Origin: Eledone cirrhosa | Lineage: Eukaryota | NCBI GenBank assembly: GCA_964016885.1 | Contig: OZ024743.1 | Coordinates: forward strand, 293,322,001 to 293,386,000 | DNA length: 64,000 nucleotides | Reading direction: 5' to 3' | Shown here: positions 37,545 through 48,985 of the stretch, piece by piece | Layout: every line of letters starts with the position of its first letter | Numbering within the stretch: position 1 is the stretch's first letter | Notes under the pieces: model-generated | What the model was told of the DNA's origin: nothing | Seen by the model: the letters and a program-made list of their open reading frames with translations, nothing else | The model's database searches: none | Made by a program: the position numbers and the translations under genes

Positions 37545-40035
37545 TACAGAGAGAGAGATGTATGTGATGATGATATAACCTGATTGATTCAGAAACTTCA
37601 CATGTCATCTGTCAGTGTGGACTGTCAAAATATGCCAAACATTTGTGGTGTTAAACTAATTTACACAAACACTTGTCAATTTGGATGAAACCATTGAGCA
37701 GAAATAGTCTGAGAATATTTTACTGAGTTCAAATCTGATGCAAGCTTTGTCTAATCATCCTGTTTCTCTGCAGAATACTCATTTTACATTACCTTAGTTT
37801 ATTGTTGTGGTTTCCAAACATATTTTGTTGCAGAACACTTAAATGATTTTCCAAAACTCATGAAATAAATACTTATATTTTGCAGTCAGTTTCCACCAAC
37901 CTAGTAATACAAGTATTTTGGGCTATCTTCCCTACTAAAACTGGGGTTAGCATTACGGGCCTATTCATGGGGACCATATTCACCATGAGGTTGTTTTTCA
38001 AGTAATCTTTTACAGAAGGATGCCCATGCTGGTGCCCACTCTTCGTCACCTACAGTATGTAGGAATATGGAAAAATTATTCTGTGCTAGATACATGTAGA
38101 GATTTGATAAGGCATTAAATAAAACAAAGATTGTTTGAGAGAGAATGTATCAACATGAAAAAAATAGGATTGGTAAATTTTCAATAAAAAAACATCCTAT
38201 TTCATGGAACCACATTTTTTTTTTTGTTTTCGTAGAACCCATTTCGAAAAATGCTGGTCATCATCATCAGTTATACACCCATTTTGTCTGGGTCCTTTCC
38301 CTTACAGCCTCCTCCACTCATAGCGGTCCTTTGTCTTCTCCTCTTTGAAGTTTAGTTATTTTTTGGTGTTTTTTTTTATAGATCAAATTTAACTACCACT
38401 GCTCAGGTTTTCGTTGGTCTCCCCCTACTGTCAATTCCTTGTGCATCTCCTAGTACTTTGTCATCCAAATAGCTACAGCCTGTTAGTCTTTCTTTGGGTA
38501 GTGTTTTTTTTTGTTTTTTTTATGAAGAAACCTATGAACCAGTCTGTTCAATCTCATTTTTTATGCCCCCCCGCGCTCCCATAAAACCCATGGTATCATC
38601 ATCATCGTTATCATATGTTCGTTGCATGGGTTAGACAAGTCCTTTTCACTACAGCATCCCTACATTTGTCGCATTCCTTGTCATTTTCTCTGTGAGCTTT
38701 AGCGATCTGAGATACTTTATAATGAGTTACAGGCTACAAACCTCTCTGTAGAAAGTTCAACATGACTAAAGACTAGTGGTGTAACCATCTGTTTAATTTT
38801 CAAATTTTTTTTATTAAAGAAAGTTTTACCTTACATTGCATTTTAAATTATGCCCCAAAATACAGTGTTGTAAATTATGCATCCGTGCACACATGCACAT
38901 ATGGTAATAAATGTGCATACTTATACATATATATATATATGTATGTATAGTCATATAATGTCAGACCCAAACACACACCATCCCATTTTTCTTACACACA
39001 CACACTTATATGTGCGTATTCATATAATGTCATACACAATCCCATATTTCTTAATTATACCCTACTTTTACCAAGAAATATCCTTTGCTCCCCTCCACTC
39101 TCACCACATACACCACACACCCTCTTTCTCTGTTTCTGATAGTATTCAACATGATGTACTTTCTCTCTCATTTGTAAACCTAAATGCAGTTGTTCTCTCT
39201 ATTTTACGCCTATCGCTTCCCCTATTCCTCTCTCTTCCTTTCTCTTTTGAAAACTTAAATTGAGTGTTGTGACTGTTACTTGTGTGACAACAACTTTTAT
39301 ATTTTTTCTTTAGAACTAAATTTGCCTGGAGGCTTCAATCCTAATTAAGAAGTTACTAATTATGGAAATCTAAATTATAACCCCCCCCCCCCCTCAAAAA
39401 AAAATATACCAACAATAAAACAAATAATTAAAAAGATAAAATGAAACAATAACAAAAAATATCTTTAACGTTAAGTAATCAGTTTATTCCATTTGAGTAA
39501 CAGAAGTAATTGCACAAGGCCAGCAATTTAAGGGTAAAAGAAAATCGATTACATTGACCTCCTACCCGAGTTCTAGACTGGTATTATATGTTATTGACAT
39601 TGGAAGGATGAAAGGCAAATCTGACCACAGTGGGATTTGAACTCAGAATGTACAGAGCTGATAAAGAATTTTTTCTGATGCTCTAATGGTTCTACCAAGC
39701 CACCACCATTGGCTGGTACTTTATCTAATCTAGAAGGAAGAAATGATGCCCACCACCTACCAAAATAACAATACTTTAGCAGCAGTAGTTCTGTGTGTAT
39801 GTTGTATGTGTGTGACATCATCATTTTACATCCTCTATTTTTCCAGTTTAGCATGAGATTAACAGGTTGTTATATTGTCAGGCATGATTGTATAGTTAAG
39901 AAGTTAGTTCATTAGCCACATGGTCAGGTTCTATCCCACTGTTTGTTACTTTGGGTGAGTGTTTTCTGCAATAGCTTCTAGGTCATAGTAAGTTCATACT
40001 TGAAAATAAAGATTCACATCATATGTTAATATAAT

Positions 40036-40224
40036 TCACTGCCTCATGGTCCCAGTGGACTGGATGGAGAAGACATTTCCCTGGAGGATGGCAAGGGAGA
40101 TGTGCTGGAAAAGCCATTCCACTTCACGGGGCTCACACTTGCAGGGAGTCAACTCCACTCCGATTACATTGAATAAGTAAGTTGTCTCCATATCAAGAAC
40201 CCTGAGAGTCTCCACTACCACAGA
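40036..40224 (-). mobile_element. C-terminal fragment of a CRE-like (restriction-like endonuclease) non-LTR retrotransposon
   Basis: VVETLRVL...EPREVEWLFQHISLAILQGNVFSI matches the pattern I recall for CRE-clade C-termini (AVETLG...EPRE..WL.QR.S.A.QRGNA.SI). Confidence 0.65.
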
Positions 40225-40893
40225 CTAAGAGATATTTCTTCAAGTTGGTGAGCCCTGATTGTGAAAACCTAAGCTCAAAGGGTTTCAGGTCATGAGTATC
40301 TCATCATTTAAGAATACTAGGTCTACTTTGTCAGATGTAAACTCTTATTAAGATGGCATAGATTGATTTAAGAGGATTTGGCTGCTATTTGTAGCAGTTT
40401 TAGAACCTATGATGTATCTTCTATAATGGTGCTAAGTCAAGATGTTTTTAAATTAGAGGACTTTAAATATTTATTAAAATGCTGAGATTACTTGCTGTTC
40501 TTAGTTTTTTTTTATGTGTGTTTACTGTTCTATAGTATAACAGTATATTTATGTATGGTTTATATATATATATATATACCAACATAACACATTTGAAAAA
40601 CACACAGATGCTAATACGTTGATACAAACATACATATATACACATTACCATAAATAACATTAATTTATCACCAAATCTAGAAGGAAAGCAGATGGGGGGA
40701 CGGTGATGAGGGTGTGTGTGTGTATACATATATGTGTGTCTGTGTGTGTGTATATATTTATGTATGTATATATATGTATGTATGTATATATATGTATGTA
40801 TGTATATATATATATATGTATGTATATGTATATATATATATGTATGTATGTATGTATATATATGTATGTATGTATGTATATATATATATGTAT

Positions 40894-41445
40894 CATCATC
40901 ATCATCATCAACGTTTAACGTCCGTGTTCCACGCTTGCATGGGTTTGGACGGGGGTAGTCCCACTTGAGGCAAGAGTGATTGTCTTGCTCGCATAGGACT
41001 GTCTGGCAGGTTTTCTACAGTTGGATGCCCTTCCTAACACCAACCACATTTACAGTGTGGGTCTGGGAGGTTTTTACCGTGTTGCCTACACGGCCACATT
41101 ACAGCGTGGACTGTGTGTTTTTTTGTCGTGACACCTACACGATCTCATTTGTTTCGGCCTGGATGGCGCGGCACCAACATAACTTTACATAGAACGGGGT
41201 GGTGTGGATGGGGTGGGGGTGGTGGCGGGACGGGGTGTAGTTTGTTAGAGATGCCTACTGGCAAGGCGGGTCTTCTCTGTTACTGAGTACCGCCAAAGGT
41301 CACGGTCCAGTGACATTGTCTTGGAGAGGTGTAAGTGTGTGAGGTCGGAGTTTATCAGCTCATCCCATGTTTTTCTAGGTCTGCCTATTCCGTGGCTACC
41401 GTCTATCTTTATTGCCCTGCACTTTGTAATACAGCTATCGACTTT
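40894..41445 (-). mobile_element. Young 5'-truncated RTE LINE 3' end
   Basis: Identical by eye to 36313-36871 apart from one T in a homopolymer and tail length; near-identical GTATGTATG(TA)nTGTAT flanks. Confidence 0.95.
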
Positions 41446-41672
41446 GTATGTATGTATATATATATGTATGTATGTATGTATATATATATATGTATGTATG
41501 TATGTGTATATATATGTATGTATGTGTATATATATGTATGTATGTGTATATATATGTATGTATGTATGTATGTATATGTATGTATGTGTGTATGTATGTA
41601 TGTATATATATATGTATGTATGTATATATGTATATGTATGTATGTATGTATATATGTATGTATGTATGTATG

Positions 41673-41801
41673 TTTTCTCTTTCTCTTAATTTTGAGTATA
41701 TTTTTTTGACCGGCCACCTTTCTGGTGGCAAGGTTGTAAAAGAAGAGAAATTGTCATCCCTTGAATCGCAAGAATGTTTTGCAAATTTTGAAGGTGCCAG
41801 C
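41673..41801 (-). mobile_element. Possible 3' end of an R4/Dong-like non-LTR element in a (TATG)n field
   Basis: Minus-strand [15 protein letters not shown] followed by a short UTR with a GCCACC/GGTGGC hairpin. Confidence 0.4.
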
Positions 41802-41824
41802 TATGTATGTATGTATGTATGTGT

Positions 41825-42410
41825 AACATGTATCCCAGTACAACCTGTCTCATGGTCGGGTTGTTGGCGACTAAACTGGCAACCCCACCAAGGTTTCTTG
41901 GTGAGGAGGGTAACTTTGGACATCCTGCAGGACTAAAAACAAAACCTGTCAAAGGGCAAAGTAGCTCTTAAGAGTCGATGGCCATCCAAAATCACTGGGA
42001 GAGATGACCCCTTAGCCTTTGTCAAGGCACCATTCTAGGAGAAGCAAAACTCTGATATAACCCCTGCAACCCTGATAGTATCCAATGATATTGACTTGTT
42101 ATTCTTTTTGGTAAATATCATCTTGGTTAAGAGAGTGGGACTGGCTTTGTGCAGTTCCTTTGCTCACTATAAAAGCTTCACAGCACAGGCATTGCTTTAT
42201 ATCTGGAGATCTCTCTGCACTTGTCGTCACATGGTAGGTACCATGGGCCCAGCACTATGTGTGAATAATTGTCACAAGTGTAGTGTTTGTACCAGAGTTT
42301 TCAAGTCGTTGGCTGGACTAAAAAGTCACACTTGTTCAGCGCATCAGTGGGGGTTCTCCTACATGGATATAAAGTAGTGGCCGTACTCGAAATCGAGTTG
42401 GCAGCCACCA
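41825..42410 (+). mobile_element. Bipartite non-autonomous RTE/BovB derivative (5' UTR joined to C2H2-finger 3' end)
   Basis: RTE 5'-UTR-type motif CTAGGAGAAG(C/G)AAAACTCTGA; 3' part encodes [22 protein letters not shown]; no EN or RT between; (TATG)n tail. Confidence 0.65.
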
Positions 42411-42485
42411 TGTATATATATATGTGTGTATGTATGTATGTATGTATGGATGTATGTATGTATGTATGTATGTATGTATATATCC

Positions 42486-42896
42486 GGGAGAGATGACCCC
42501 TTAGCCTTTGTCAAGGCAGAATTCTAGGAGAAGGAAAACTCTGATATAACGCCTGCAACCCTGATGGTATCCAATGATGTTGTCTTGTTCTTCTTTTTGG
42601 TAAATATCATCTTGGTTAAGAGAGTGGGACTGGCTTTGTGCAGTGCCTTTGCTCACTATAAAAGCTTCACAGCACAGGCATTGTTTTATATCTGGAGATC
42701 TCTCTGCACCTGTCATCACATGGTACCATGGGCCCAACACTATGTGTCAATAATTGTCACAAGTGTAGTGTTTGTACCAGAGTTTTCAAGTCGCTGGCTG
42801 GACTAAAAAGTCACACTCGTTCAGCGCATCGGTAGGGGTTCTCCTACATGGATATAAAGTAGTGGCCGTACTCGAAAACGAGTTGGCAGCCACCAT
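42486..42896 (+). mobile_element. Second, 5'-truncated copy of the bipartite RTE derivative
   Basis: Aligns with 41997-42410 with scattered substitutions; followed by a (TATG)/(TA)n field to about 43350. Confidence 0.8.
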
Positions 42897-43045
42897 ATGT
42901 ATGTATATATGTGTGTATATATATATATGTATGTAAGTGTATATATGTATGTATGTATATGTATGTATGTGTGTATATATATATATATGTGTGTATATAT
43001 ATATATATATGTATGTGTATACATGTATGTATGTATATGTATGTA

Positions 43046-43090
<45 letters not shown>

Positions 43091-43237
43091 ATGTATGTAT
43101 GTATATGTATGTATGTATGTGTATATATGTATGTATGTATATGTATGTATGTGTATATATGTATGTATGTATATGTATGTATGTATATATATATATATAT
43201 ATATGTATGTATATGTATGTATATGTATGTATGTATG

Positions 43238-43274
<37 letters not shown>

Positions 43275-43287
43275 ATGTATGTATATG

Positions 43288-43353
<66 letters not shown>

Positions 43354-43911
43354 ATTACATACAAACCCACACATATAAAAAAAGAGGTATGAGGCAAGAG
43401 TGAGAAATTTTGTAGGATGAGTCAAGATTATGAAAAATTATTCAATGGAAGAACAAAGAATTGGAATGAAAACAGGAAAGAAAGAAATATAGAAAGAAAA
43501 AAGGAAGGAAAGCCATAGAAAATAAGACAAATTCTTTGGCAATTCCAGCAGCTTGCTCAGTTTTTTGTAATCATTCAAATATTCTGTATTGTTTAATATA
43601 TTCCCAAAATAGAAAATGTTGGGATGATGGTGGTAGTGATTGTGGTACTGATTGAAAGTAAAAGCCAGGTCATTTGTTAAACATAATATATGTATATGTC
43701 TATATATATATATATATATATATATGTGTATGTCTGTATAGTACTATGTATATATATATATGTGTGTGTCTGTATGTGTGTGTGAATATATATATATGTA
43801 TATACATGTCTGTGTATATGTATATATATGTGTGTATATATGTGTGTATTCATGTATATATATATATGGGTGTGTATATATGTGTGTTTTTATGTATATA
43901 TATATATATGG

Positions 43912-43951
<40 letters not shown>

Positions 43952-43995
43952 ATATAATAAAGAAGAAATTAAAAGATGGTTAAAAGAGTTCCATA

Positions 43996-44065
43996 TATTT
44001 TATTATGCGCATTTTGAATACAAAGTCATCCTGGGACAAAACTTGTGTTCTCATCAGATAAAATA
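43996..44065 (-). ncRNA. Hammerhead copy with core mutation (GAAA to AAAA), probably inactive
   Basis: Minus strand: TATTTTAT-CTGATGA-GAACACAA/TTGTATTC-AAAA-TGCGCA-TA-ATAAAATA. Confidence 0.7.
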
Positions 44066-44135
44066 AGGTAACATGAAAAGGCATAATAGCACTTGTTTAC
44101 AGGAAAGTTCTACTTTTCCTCATATCATGTTACCT

Positions 44136-44205
44136 TATTTTATCTGATGAGAACACAATTTTTGTCCCAGGATGACTTTGTTTTCGAAATGCACATAATA
44201 AAATA
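44136..44205 (+). ncRNA. Minimal type I hammerhead ribozyme
   Basis: TATTTTAT-CTGATGA-GAACACAA/TTGTTTTC-GAAA-TGCACA-TA-ATAAAATA; perfect 8-bp stem I, intact core, stem II 7 of 8 pairs. Confidence 0.8.
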
Positions 44206-44820
44206 TATGGAACTCTTTTAACCATCTTTTAATTTCTTCTTTATTATATATTCTCGAGTTCTACTAACTGTTGAGTGTTACTTAACTGATATATGCACAG
44301 TTTTATTGTTCTACAATATTACTCACCTTCTACATATATGTGTATATATAAGCATGTATATAACATATATATAAACATGTATATATATATATATGTGTAT
44401 ATATATATATATATGTGTGTATGTATATATATGTGTGTATATATATATGTGTGTGTGTGTATATATATGTGTGTGTTTATATATATACACATATCTTTAA
44501 ACCTAGTCATTTCCGCAAATATATATGCATGCATACATACATACATACACACTCACACATACATACACATTCATACAGGCTCCTTTACACATTTTCCAAG
44601 GTGAGGTTTCTTCTTGTTTACATGCATACTTTTAACCAGTTAACCTACTAGAGAATGAAATCATTCATTAAAACAAAAGTAAGACAGGGATTGACCATTG
44701 GAGAAGGTGGGGGTAATATTAATATACCAAACAGCGAAATATATATAATGATGACTAAGGAATAAATTGACACAGAAATAGATTGAGCCAATATGGTGTA
44801 TGTGTGTGTGTGTGTATACA

Positions 44821-44859
<39 letters not shown>

Positions 44860-44885
44860 ACGCCCACCCACACCCATATATATAT

Positions 44886-45169
44886 ATCAAAAGGTTGTGA
44901 GTTCAATTCTCAGACCGGGTGATGTGTTGTTTCACATTGCTCCAGTTTACTCAGCTGTAGAAATGAGATGATAGGGACTGGGGTCCATATCACTCCACTG
45001 CAAAGTGGTCGTGGAGGTGCCACGGCAAAAAAGCACCCAGCACTCACTGTAAATGAGGTTGGTGTTAGGAAGCGCATCCAGCTGTAGAAATCAAGCCAGA
45101 ATCAGTTCCCGTTCCACCCTTGCAAGCAGGGAAAAAGCGGACGTAAAATGAAATGATGATGATGATGAT
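44886..45169 (+). mobile_element. 5'-truncated family A SINE
   Basis: Matches 60770-61055; (GAT)n tail. Confidence 0.9.
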
Positions 45170-45423
45170 AATATATATATATACACCCACCCAAACACAC
45201 ACATATATATATATATATCCACATATATATATGTGTGTGTGTGTGGTTCATTCTGTCATTACAACAGCTGAGGTCCAATGAGCTTTTGATTCCAGAGTCA
45301 GGCCAGATCAATACAGATCGAACTTTGAGCTGACTAATAGCGAAACACGCGTCACCGATCAATAAACGTAATGAAGGCTTAACAAATCGTCCATGTATTG
45401 TGTATATATATATATATATATAT

Positions 45424-45639
45424 ATTGTTTCTTATATAGGCACAAGGCCAGCAATTTTGGGGGGAAGGAGAAAGTATATTAAATCAACCACAGTGCGTGA
45501 CTGGTACTTTATTTTATCGACCCTGTAAGGATGAAAGGCAAAGTTAACCTCGGCGGGATTTGAACTCAGATCATAAAGGACTGTAACACTATGCGTCATA
45601 GCATGGCGTCCGGCCCTCTACCGGCCAATCCACCGCCCT
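45424..45639 (-). mobile_element. Full-length family B SINE
   Basis: Reverse complement of the 19832-20026 type; (TA)n on both sides. Confidence 0.9.
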
Positions 45640-45640
45640 A

Positions 45641-45683
<43 letters not shown>

Positions 45684-45889
45684 TATTTATATATCTTTTA
45701 TTTCTCCCATCCTCTGATGAAGGTCTATGTTCAGAAACGTTAACTCTTTACCTGCTATATAGAGCGTTATGCTCATTTCCCTGTGTTTAACCATTTGCTC
45801 TCTTTTGTGTACATCCTCATCATCATCGTTTAATGTACATATGTATATGTATCATCTTCATCATGTATGTATGGCATACTCTTCATATA

Positions 45890-45901
45890 TATATATGTAT
45901 G

Positions 45902-45932
<31 letters not shown>

Positions 45933-46343
45933 GATGATGATTATATATATATGTATATATATATATGTGATGATGATTATATATATGTATATATATATGA
46001 TGATGATTATATATATGTATATATATATATGATGATGATTATATATATGATGATTATATATGTATGTGTATATATCTATATATATATGATTATATATGTA
46101 TGTGTGCATATATATAGATATATGATGATTATATATGTATGTGTGTGTATATATATATATATGATGATTATATATGTATGTGTATATATATATGATGATT
46201 ATATATGTATATGTATATATATATTTATATATATGATGATGATTATATATGTGTGTGTATATATATATATAATGATATATATGTATGTGTATATATATAT
46301 ATATAATGATTCTATATGTATGTGTGTATATATATATATGATG

Positions 46344-46388
<45 letters not shown>

Positions 46389-46410
46389 ATTATATATGTA
46401 TATGATGATT
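45890..46410. repeat. (TA)n-GATGAT compound minisatellite
   Basis: Repeated ATATATGATGATTATATAT units. Confidence 0.9.
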
Positions 46411-46816
46411 ATACATATTAGCATAGAAAGTGGTCTTTAAATGTTGATGATGATGATGATATATATAATATACACATGCATACACACATAGAGGGAGAGA
46501 ATGCTATCTATCTACTAATCTAGATCAGTGGTTTGTAAATGATGCTCCATACAATCTAAGTGCAACAAGGGAATATATACAGAGAAATAAGTTTAAATTA
46601 AATTCTATATATAGAATGTTTCCCTCTGTACTTAATAATTTCCTGTAGTTTAAATTCTTTCTAATTACAGACTAAAATATATAAATACTGTATATGATTT
46701 TTTTTTCTTTTTGGTTTCTTCAGATTTTTGTTTATTATGACTGTAAGCAATGTAAACGTTGGAAAACACTCCTGTACATACATGGATGACTTCTTTTTGC
46801 CTCTTACAGACATTTG

Positions 46817-46852
<36 letters not shown>

Positions 46853-47250
46853 AATACAAGATATGGTCATCTGACCTCAACGTTTGCCTCAAGTAGGATA
46901 ACCCGTCGAACCCATGCTAATGTGGAAAATGTATATTAAATGGTGGTGGTGATGATGATGATATATGTATGTAGTTGATAGCCAGGAGAAAAGAGTACTC
47001 GATACTGAAGTAGAGTTTAAATATTCATTTTATTAAGGCTAAATAGTGAGTCCTGTTACTCTGGAGTTTCACCTGCTTCTGTGTTATCTTTTTCTGTTAG
47101 GCCTAATCTTCTAATTCAATTTTCAAACTCCACTTGCTGTTTTCTAAACACACCTCCTTTCTCTATATGCAAGCATAGAAAACCAGACAGCAAAACGATG
47201 ATGATGATTAAATATATATATGTATAGTATATATATATATATAAATATAT

Positions 47251-47588
47251 CATCATCATCATCATCATTATTTTACGTTTGCTTTTCCCTGCTTGCAAGG
47301 GTGGGACGGGAACTGATTCTGGCTTGATTTCTACAGCTGGATGCCCTTCCTAACACCAACCTCATTTAGAGTGAGTGCTGGGTGCCTTTTTGGCGTGGCA
47401 CCTCCACGACCACTTTGCAGTGGAATGATAGGGACCCCAGATCATCTCATTTCTACAGCTAAGTAAACTGGAAAAATGTGAAATAAAGTGTCTTGCTCAA
47501 GGACACAACACATCACCCGGTCTGAGAGTTGAACTCACAACCTTTTGATCGCAAGGCCAATGCTCTAACCACTAAGCCATGTGCCTCC
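47251..47588 (-). mobile_element. Full-length family A SINE
   Basis: Reverse complement of 60731-61055 including A box TGGCTTAGTGG and B box GAGTTCAACTC. Confidence 0.9.
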
Positions 47589-47962
47589 ATATACTATATA
47601 TACATAAACCCATGCAAGTGTGGAAGATGGACATTAAACGTTGATGATGATGATGAGTATGTCCACTTCAGAATAATTGTATGAAAGGATGTGTATATAA
47701 GTCTATCAAATATGTGTTTCCTTGTAGTTGTTAGGATGATGGACACACCTTCTGATGAGGTCAGAAAATTGATTGTGTTTATAATGTATTTAATCTAGAG
47801 GGATATTCATATTTTCTGTCCTGTTTACATGCCTACATATTAACATATGTGTATATTTATATACACATTGGTGCAGTCTTGGCTACCCATATTGTGTGTA
47901 TACAAATATAAGTTTATCATACACTTCAGCTGCTAGCACACATCTTAATATAAATATATATC

Positions 47963-48835
47963 TCATCATCATCATTGTTATCCCGTCTGGTTTTCTATGC
48001 TTGTACGGGTTAAATGGGTCCTTTTCAGCACAGCATCTCTCTGAGTCTCAGCGATTTGAGATCGACTCTCACCATCTCTGCTCAACTCTTCCTTAGTCTA
48101 CCTCAACTGTAGATTCCGCCTACTGGGATTTCCTGGCACTTCTTCACCTAGCAATCATCATTCAACTGCATCACATGCCCAAACCAACACAGTCTTCTTT
48201 CTTGCATACCACTTCAGATTCCTCTTAAACCCAGTTCCTCCAAGCTCTGATTTATCTCACATTTACATTGTACATCCAACAAAGCATGATTGCTTCATTT
48301 CTTTCCAACCTATGCTTGTCCACTGTCCACTGCTGTCACAGCCCATGTTTCACTACCAAGCTGCATCACACTTCACACACAACCATCATACAGGGAGAAA
48401 CCTTTTGTTGTCAACAATGAGAATAGCTCTCTAAACTTCTTCCATCCTATTCTTATTATGCTCTAGGTGCATGATCCTCTGCTGTTAATTATGTCACCTA
48501 GATAGCGGAAGCTACCAACCGCTTCTATGGATCTTTCATGTAATTGGAAAGGATTTCTATCACTGATGCTCTTTCCCTCGACTATCCCTGTGCATTTTCA
48601 ACATACAAAGTCTTCTCTTCCTATTAATCTACCTGTTATGCCACTACATCACCTGTGTACCCTAGATGTACATTATATACATCATATAGAGTTTATGCCT
48701 ACTCCCTTTCTACATATTGAGCAGGCCACTTCCCTGAAGGTATCAGGGTCTTATCTTCTTACCTAGCTCTTTAGTTTTGGCTAAGGTTACTCTCAACTCT
48801 ATTGATTCCTAATTTTGTTTCCATATACGGAAAGC
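47963..48835 (-). mobile_element. Degraded RTE LINE with PHD remnant
   Basis: Minus-strand translation across lesions: SGKWP..CSICRKGVGINSI, CSGITGRL..EDFVC, SFRYLGDII, GWKKFRELF, GSETW; (GAT)n tail at the left end. Confidence 0.85.
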
Positions 48836-48950
48836 TGACTTGAAATCATAAAGTAATCACTTCTGTACATCTGTGTGTGTGTATAAAAATTAACATTTCA
48901 TGTTTGCTCTCCATAAATATATATAACACTGATTAGACAGCACACTCATA

Positions 48951-48985
<35 letters not shown>

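Larger units (their letters stand above)
43951..44250. mobile_element. Penelope-like terminal remnant: 126-bp inverted repeats, each carrying a hammerhead
   Basis: 43951-44076 versus 44125-44250, four mismatches, 48-bp spacer; left end abuts a TA/TG microsatellite. Confidence 0.75.

Noticed and set aside
44590-44616. Second AG|GT motif (TTTTCCAAG|GTGAGG)
   Set aside because: Short pyrimidine tract, AAG acceptor and no branch point or downstream donor; much weaker than 12847.
46698-46750. Strong acceptor-like tract TTTCTTCAG with nearby GTAAGC (19-nt microexon)
   Set aside because: Weak exonic donor context and no recognisable peptide; such tracts are common here. Needs RNA-seq.
47745-47780. 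CTGATGAGGTCAGAAAATTGAT as a hammerhead
   Set aside because: No correctly placed GAAA, stem III or UH after the possible stem II.
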